Part shown: in pieces, positions 33,311-37,495 of the stretch | How the letters are laid out: every line of letters starts with the position of its first letter | Numbering within the stretch: position 1 is the stretch's first letter | DNA from: an uncultured Actinomycetota bacterium | GTDB lineage: Bacteria; Actinomycetota; Humimicrobiia; Humimicrobiales; Humimicrobiaceae | Direction: 5' to 3' | NCBI GenBank assembly: GCA_964528815.1 | Contig: CAZGTW010000006.1 | Location: 1 to 37,495, forward strand | DNA length: 37,495 nt | Position numbers and translations under genes: made by a program | The notes under the pieces: generated by a model | What the model was told of the DNA's origin: nothing | Database searches by the model: none | The model's input: the letters and a program-made list of their open reading frames with translations, nothing else

Positions 33311-34939
33311 ATGTCAGACAAAAGACTCATCAGTAAATCAGCCTACCTTATTTACAGGCAATGCCCGAAATATTTCTGGTATTATATAAATGACAGGAAA
33401 AGTATTCCTGAGCATGACCAGAGGGCAAAATTCAACTTTAAAATAGGTCATATTACAGGCAAACTTGCAAAACTGTACCACAGCGATGGTATCGAAGCAG
33501 ACTGTAATGGAAGCATTGAAGAAAACCTTCAAAGGACAAAACAACTCCTTGGTTTGGGCAGGCCTGTTTTTGAGGCGGGCTTTCTTGCGGAAGCAGGCAA
33601 AACTTCGGGCGGGGCACCATTAAATATTTATGCAAGAGCCGACATACTGGTTCCCGTAGACGGTACCAGAGCCTGGGATATAATAGAAGTCAAAAGCTCA
33701 ACAGGAGTAAAGGCTATAAACCTGTCAGATGTTGCGTTCCAGAAATACTGCTACATGCAGGCAGGCCTTGATATCAGGAATTGTTATGTAATGCATATTA
33801 ACAGCAGTTATGTGATGAACGGCAGACTTGACCCTTATGGTATATTCCGGTTCACAGATGTGACTGAAGAAGCGGATAAAATAATGCCTCATATTAAAAA
33901 TGATTTAAAGCAGATGGCTCTTGTCATGGCAAGTGAACGGGCCCCATCAACAGGTGTCGGCAAATACTGTGACAGCCCGTTTAATTGTCCGCTTAAAACT
34001 GTATGCTGGGAAAATGTAAGCGACAGCAGTATTTTTTATCTTTACTCGCTTACAAAAAAAACTGCCAGGCGCATGGCTGAATGCGGCATCGGGCATATAT
34101 ATGAAATACCTGAAAGTTTTCCCGGGATAAACCCCAAACAAAGAATCCAGATAGAATGCGTTAAAAAATCACAGAGCTGGACAGACAGGGCTGCAATAAA
34201 AGAATTTATCAAAGGAATCGAATACCCGCTCTATTTTCTGGATTTTGAGACTTTTGCATCACCTTTTCCGCTTATTGAAGGAACCAGGCCCTACCAGGCG
34301 ATACCTTTCCAGTTTTCTCTCCATATTGTTGAGACCCCGGAAAGCGTGCCCCGGCACCATTCTTTTCTTGCTGACGGAAAAAGTGATCCAAGGCAAAAAC
34401 TCTCAGAAGCTCTGATGAAAAAATTCGGCTTTGTCCCGGGCGATGACGGGAGGTCCTTTAAAGGAAGCCTTATTGTGTATAATGAATCAGTTGAAAGATC
34501 CATATTAAAGGACCTGGCAGCATTTGACCCAGGCAATGAAGGATGGATATTCAGGATATCAGGCAGGATAATTGACCTTTTTGATCCTTTTAAGAATTTC
34601 TATTTCTATAGTGTTTTGCAAAAAGGAAGTGCGTCAGTAAAAAAGGTGCTTCCTGCACTTACTGAAAAAAGCTATTCGGAAATGGCAATTACAAATGGCG
34701 ATATTGCCAGTATAACATTTCTTTCGGGCTCTACCCTTTGGAAAGATTTCATTTATGAAAATAACCTTGGAACCATTAACGGCAAATCTGAAACTGATTT
34801 AAAAGCTTGCGGTAATATGAAAGATGAGATGCTCATGCAACAGACAAGAGAAAACCTTGAACAATATTGCAGGCTTGATACTGAAGGGATGTATCATATA
34901 CTTGAAAAACTAAAAGAGATTGTCCGCATTTGCACTTAG
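33311..34939 (+). CDS. DUF2779-type protein: Cas4/RecB-like PD-(D/E)XK nuclease with 4-Cys cluster fused to DEDDy-type 3'-5' exonuclease-like domain
   Basis: N-terminal domain: Cys in YRQCPKYFW; D (ARADILV); D-x2-E-x-K (WDIIEVKSS); QxxxY (FQKYCY); and C-x5-C-x5-C (YCDSPFNCPLKTVCW). C-terminal domain: YFLDFETF (ExoI), VYNESVERSILKDL (ExoII-like), and QYCRLDTEGM (Y-x3-D, ExoIII). Confidence 0.8.
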   Translation: MSDKRLISKSAYLIYRQCPKYFWYYINDRKSIPEHDQRAKFNFKIGHITGKLAKLYHSDGIEADCNGSIEENLQRTKQLLGLGRPVFEAGFLAEAGKTSGGAPLNIYARADILVPVDGTRAWDIIEVKSSTGVKAINLSDVAFQKYCYMQAGLDIRNCYVMHINSSYVMNGRLDPYGIFRFTDVTEEADKIMPHIKNDLKQMALVMASERAPSTGVGKYCDSPFNCPLKTVCWENVSDSSIFYLYSLTKKTARRMAECGIGHIYEIPESFPGINPKQRIQIECVKKSQSWTDRAAIKEFIKGIEYPLYFLDFETFASPFPLIEGTRPYQAIPFQFSLHIVETPESVPRHHSFLADGKSDPRQKLSEALMKKFGFVPGDDGRSFKGSLIVYNESVERSILKDLAAFDPGNEGWIFRISGRIIDLFDPFKNFYFYSVLQKGSASVKKVLPALTEKSYSEMAITNGDIASITFLSGSTLWKDFIYENNLGTINGKSETDLKACGNMKDEMLMQQTRENLEQYCRLDTEGMYHILEKLKEIVRICT

Positions 34940-35011
34940 AATATTTAGGGATTTTATGCTATATTATTTTCTTTATTTAAAAACGGGCAAGTTTTATGCT
35001 TGGAGGAACAA

Positions 35012-35449
35012 ATGGCGAAGCAATGTATTGAATGCGGTAAGGAAATAAAGGAAGAAACAGACTCTTCTTATTGTGCCAAATGTGATGAGATGCTTGATAA
35101 GAAGTTCGAAGCAATTGAGGACAATATAATTGTTTACAAGGAGCTTATGGAAAATGAAGTTGTTGTCCTTAATAAATTTGAAAAAGAGGATATTGTAGAG
35201 ATGTATGGCAGGGTATACGATAAATTCAGGGAAGAAGGGGAATTTACCGAGGACCAGGCAAGAGTAATGAACCAGATAATAAACACATTCGGGCTCACCT
35301 CTTCAGATGTCGGAAAAGATAAAATCATAGAATACAAAGAAGGCACACACGCAAAAAAAATAGACAAGGATAAATGCCCTAACTGCGGAAAAGACATAAA
35401 AGAAGATTTTAATCTTTGCCCGTACTGCGGCTACAGACTGAAATTATAA
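35012..35449 (+). CDS. Double zinc-ribbon protein (hypothetical)
   Basis: N-terminal CIECGKEIKEETDSSYCAKC and C-terminal CPNCGKDIKEDFNLCPYCG flank an acidic helical core. The ATG at 35012 lies 5 nt after GGAGG (35002-35006); the track's TTG at 35000 overlaps that SD. Confidence 0.7.
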   Translation: MAKQCIECGKEIKEETDSSYCAKCDEMLDKKFEAIEDNIIVYKELMENEVVVLNKFEKEDIVEMYGRVYDKFREEGEFTEDQARVMNQIINTFGLTSSDVGKDKIIEYKEGTHAKKIDKDKCPNCGKDIKEDFNLCPYCGYRLKL

Positions 35450-35498
35450 TTTTAACTGTTAATCAGGCGCTATATTACAAGGCATTATATTAAAAATC

Positions 35499-37495
35499 AT
35501 GTTAAAAAAAATACTATTGGCATGCACCGGTCTTGCTGCAGCATTTATTATATTACTCTCCCAGGTTTCGTGCTGTTTTTCATTTGACTTTGGTCAATCC
35601 GGCATAACATCAGGAGGGGAAGAGTGGGAAGAAAGCAATGCACAGGACACCGAAACTGAAACTGCTGAAACCACAGCAGAAGAATCGACGCTGCTTGAAA
35701 AACCCGAGCCATATTTAATTTCGAAATTAAAAATCCCCGGCCAGGCAATTGACGTAAAATCACAGGGCGGATTTGCTTACCTTACTAACGACCTGGGTAT
35801 TTTATTTGTAATTGATGTAAAAGATAAAGAAAACCCTTCTATAACCGGCAAGTGCAGTGGAATAAATGCTGCAAACATAGTAATGATACAGGGTGACTAT
35901 GCTTACATATCATACACTGACTGGCAGAGCCCCCAGGATGAGACAGGGGAAACCAGCAAAGGCCAGCAGTCAGGCATTACAGAGATATATTCGATTTGCG
36001 GTTTTAAAATCATAGATATAAGAGATAAGAAAAACCCTGTTATTGCCGGTGATTATATTTCAGGTTCAACGGGCAAAAAATCAGTACAGGGCCTTGTAAT
36101 ACAGGGTGATTATGCATACCTTAACTCTACCAGGCTATTTGATGATTACTCAGAGAGCGCACTTGAAATCATTGATATAAGCGACAAGTCAAACCCGGTT
36201 CTTAAGGGCCAGTGCAGCATCGAGGGGCAGCCAAACGGCCTTTTTATCTCCGGCAACTATGCCTTCCTTAACAACACTTACTATGATTACCTGGCAATGG
36301 ACTATACAGGCCAAAGCAGGTTTTTTACAGTGGACATTACAGACAAGGAAAAACCATTTGTTGCAGGCTCATGTAAAGTACCGGCAAATTCATGGTCAGT
36401 ATTTTTAAAAGGCGGAGCAGCTTACCTTTCAAGCAGCAAATATGATGAAGAAAACCAGGAATATACAGACAGCCTGCTGCAGATTGTTGACATTTCAGAT
36501 CCGTTAAAACCTTTTGCTGCGGGCAGCTGCAGCATTGCAGGCGGAGCATGGGAGATTGACATGAAAGATGATTTTCTTTTTGTCTCAAATAATGAAGGGG
36601 GCATTGCAGTAGTAGATACAAGCGATATTGCAAAACCAAAAGTCGTAACTCAACTTAACACCGGCGGAAATTCATATGATATTGCCATAAGCGGTGATTA
36701 TGGCTATATAGCAGACGGATTCCAGGGGCTTGCAATAATCGGCCTGCAGAAAAAAGAACCAGGGGAGGGCCTTATTGTGGAAGATACTGCAGAAGGCGCC
36801 AACAGGGCACCTGTCGCAGAAATTGAAGTATTTGGAGATAAAACAAAGGGCGGAGACTTTATAAGCTATAACCCGGTTTTTTTTTCAGCTATTGACTCAT
36901 ATGATCCTGAAGGCAATAAGCTGACATACTCCTGGGAGATAGACGGCACAAAACTTATAGAAAATAATAGCGGGCAGAGTTTTATAACAGGACTGACAGA
37001 TTTAACCGGGAAGCAGTTTGCAATTTCCGAAAAGGGCGATGAAGCTGCTATAAGTTTTAGCCGGTCCGGGAGCTACATTGTAAAAGTATATGTATCAGAC
37101 GGGGATAATGAAGCTTCAGACGAGGTCCTTATCCAGGTAAAAGAAGAAAATACTTTGATGGAGCCCTTAAAGGAACATAATTTTGATGTCAGGATAGAAT
37201 GCACTCTTATAAACAACAGCAACCTTACACTAAAAGAACTCGAGTGTTATTTGCGGACCCCTCTTACATATTCTCCCTGGCAGACAATAAATAAAATCAC
37301 AGCAAGCGTTGCCGATACGGATCAGCTCTTTGATGATTCCTGGAACATGCTGACACATTTAAAATTCAACAAATCCTTAAAAGTCGAAAGCGGCAAAAAA
37401 ATATCAGCAAACATTGTCAGTAATGTATCAATGTATGAATATAATATCAGGAAATTATCCACGGAAAACCTTGATTATGAAAGTAATGACGAGGA
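35499..37495 (+). CDS. Large secreted/lipoprotein with LVIVD-type beta-propeller repeats, a PKD-like domain and the start of a transglutaminase-N-like module; runs off window end
   Basis: I checked that the frame from the ATG at 35499 stays open to the window end (665 codons). The signal peptide is MLKKILLACTGLAAAFIILLSQVSCC. Repeats of the form GDYAYISY, GDYAYLNS, GNYAFLNN, DDFLFVSNNEGGIAVVDTSD and GDYGYIADGFQGLAIIGL are present. The PKD-like segment is APVAEIEVFGD...SAIDSYDPEGNKLTYSWEIDG...YIVKVYVSDGDNEASD. Confidence 0.8.
   Translation, partial: MLKKILLACTGLAAAFIILLSQVSCCFSFDFGQSGITSGGEEWEESNAQDTETETAETTAEESTLLEKPEPYLISKLKIPGQAIDVKSQGGFAYLTNDLGILFVIDVKDKENPSITGKCSGINAANIVMIQGDYAYISYTDWQSPQDETGETSKGQQSGITEIYSICGFKIIDIRDKKNPVIAGDYISGSTGKKSVQGLVIQGDYAYLNSTRLFDDYSESALEIIDISDKSNPVLKGQCSIEGQPNGLFISGNYAFLNNTYYDYLAMDYTGQSRFFTVDITDKEKPFVAGSCKVPANSWSVFLKGGAAYLSSSKYDEENQEYTDSLLQIVDISDPLKPFAAGSCSIAGGAWEIDMKDDFLFVSNNEGGIAVVDTSDIAKPKVVTQLNTGGNSYDIAISGDYGYIADGFQGLAIIGLQKKEPGEGLIVEDTAEGANRAPVAEIEVFGDKTKGGDFISYNPVFFSAIDSYDPEGNKLTYSWEIDGTKLIENNSGQSFITGLTDLTGKQFAISEKGDEAAISFSRSGSYIVKVYVSDGDNEASDEVLIQVKEENTLMEPLKEHNFDVRIECTLINNSNLTLKELECYLRTPLTYSPWQTINKITASVADTDQLFDDSWNMLTHLKFNKSLKVESGKKISANIVSNVSMYEYNIRKLSTENLDYESNDE

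Noticed and set aside
1-37495. Search for CRISPR arrays, IS elements, transposases, integrases, tRNA/rRNA genes and prophage signatures.
   Set aside because: I saw no regularly spaced direct repeats, terminal inverted repeats, recombinase-like ORFs or cloverleaf- or rRNA-like sequences. Intergenic regions are short except for the origin spacers and the 18.3-18.7 kb control region.

Overview
This window is the chromosomal replication-origin neighbourhood of a low-GC bacterium (family-level identity cannot be established from sequence alone). The minus strand carries the classic block mnmG< mnmE< jag< yidC< yidD< rnpA< rpmH. A 640-bp AT-rich spacer follows, holding divergent consensus promoters and DnaA-box-like repeats. 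On the plus strand an unexpected GHKL-ATPase/wHTH gene sits 9 nt upstream of dnaA, then dnaN.

Downstream genes are mostly housekeeping or metabolic:
- a PanG-like Rossmann/DUF2520 gene with panC and panD;
- a lipoprotein, an orphan solute-binding lipoprotein, and an ECF sigma/anti-sigma pair;
- mnmA, a TrpH-like PHP phosphoesterase, and two class II aldolase paralogues;
- an NCS2 purine permease, a nitroreductase-fold protein, DUF2007, and an L,D-transpeptidase;
- a glycerol module (glpK, GlpA-like FAD dehydrogenase, FAD/NAD oxidoreductase, DUF1667) with a convergent monoacylglycerol-lipase-like hydrolase and an M29 aminopeptidase.

The last 6.5 kb is the least ordinary part. A transglutaminase-like lipoprotein is followed by a co-directional trio: a tandem pseudo-HD/HD YfbR-like nucleotidase, a DUF2779-type protein fusing a Cas4-like Fe-S PD-(D/E)XK nuclease to a DEDDy exonuclease, and a double zinc-ribbon protein. 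A large LVIVD/PKD surface lipoprotein runs off the window end.

I saw no rRNA, tRNA, CRISPR array, transposase or integrase. The best candidates for uncharacterised biology are the HD/DUF2779/zinc-ribbon trio and the GHKL-wHTH gene wedged between oriC and dnaA. Both functional readings are inference from motifs and gene order only.
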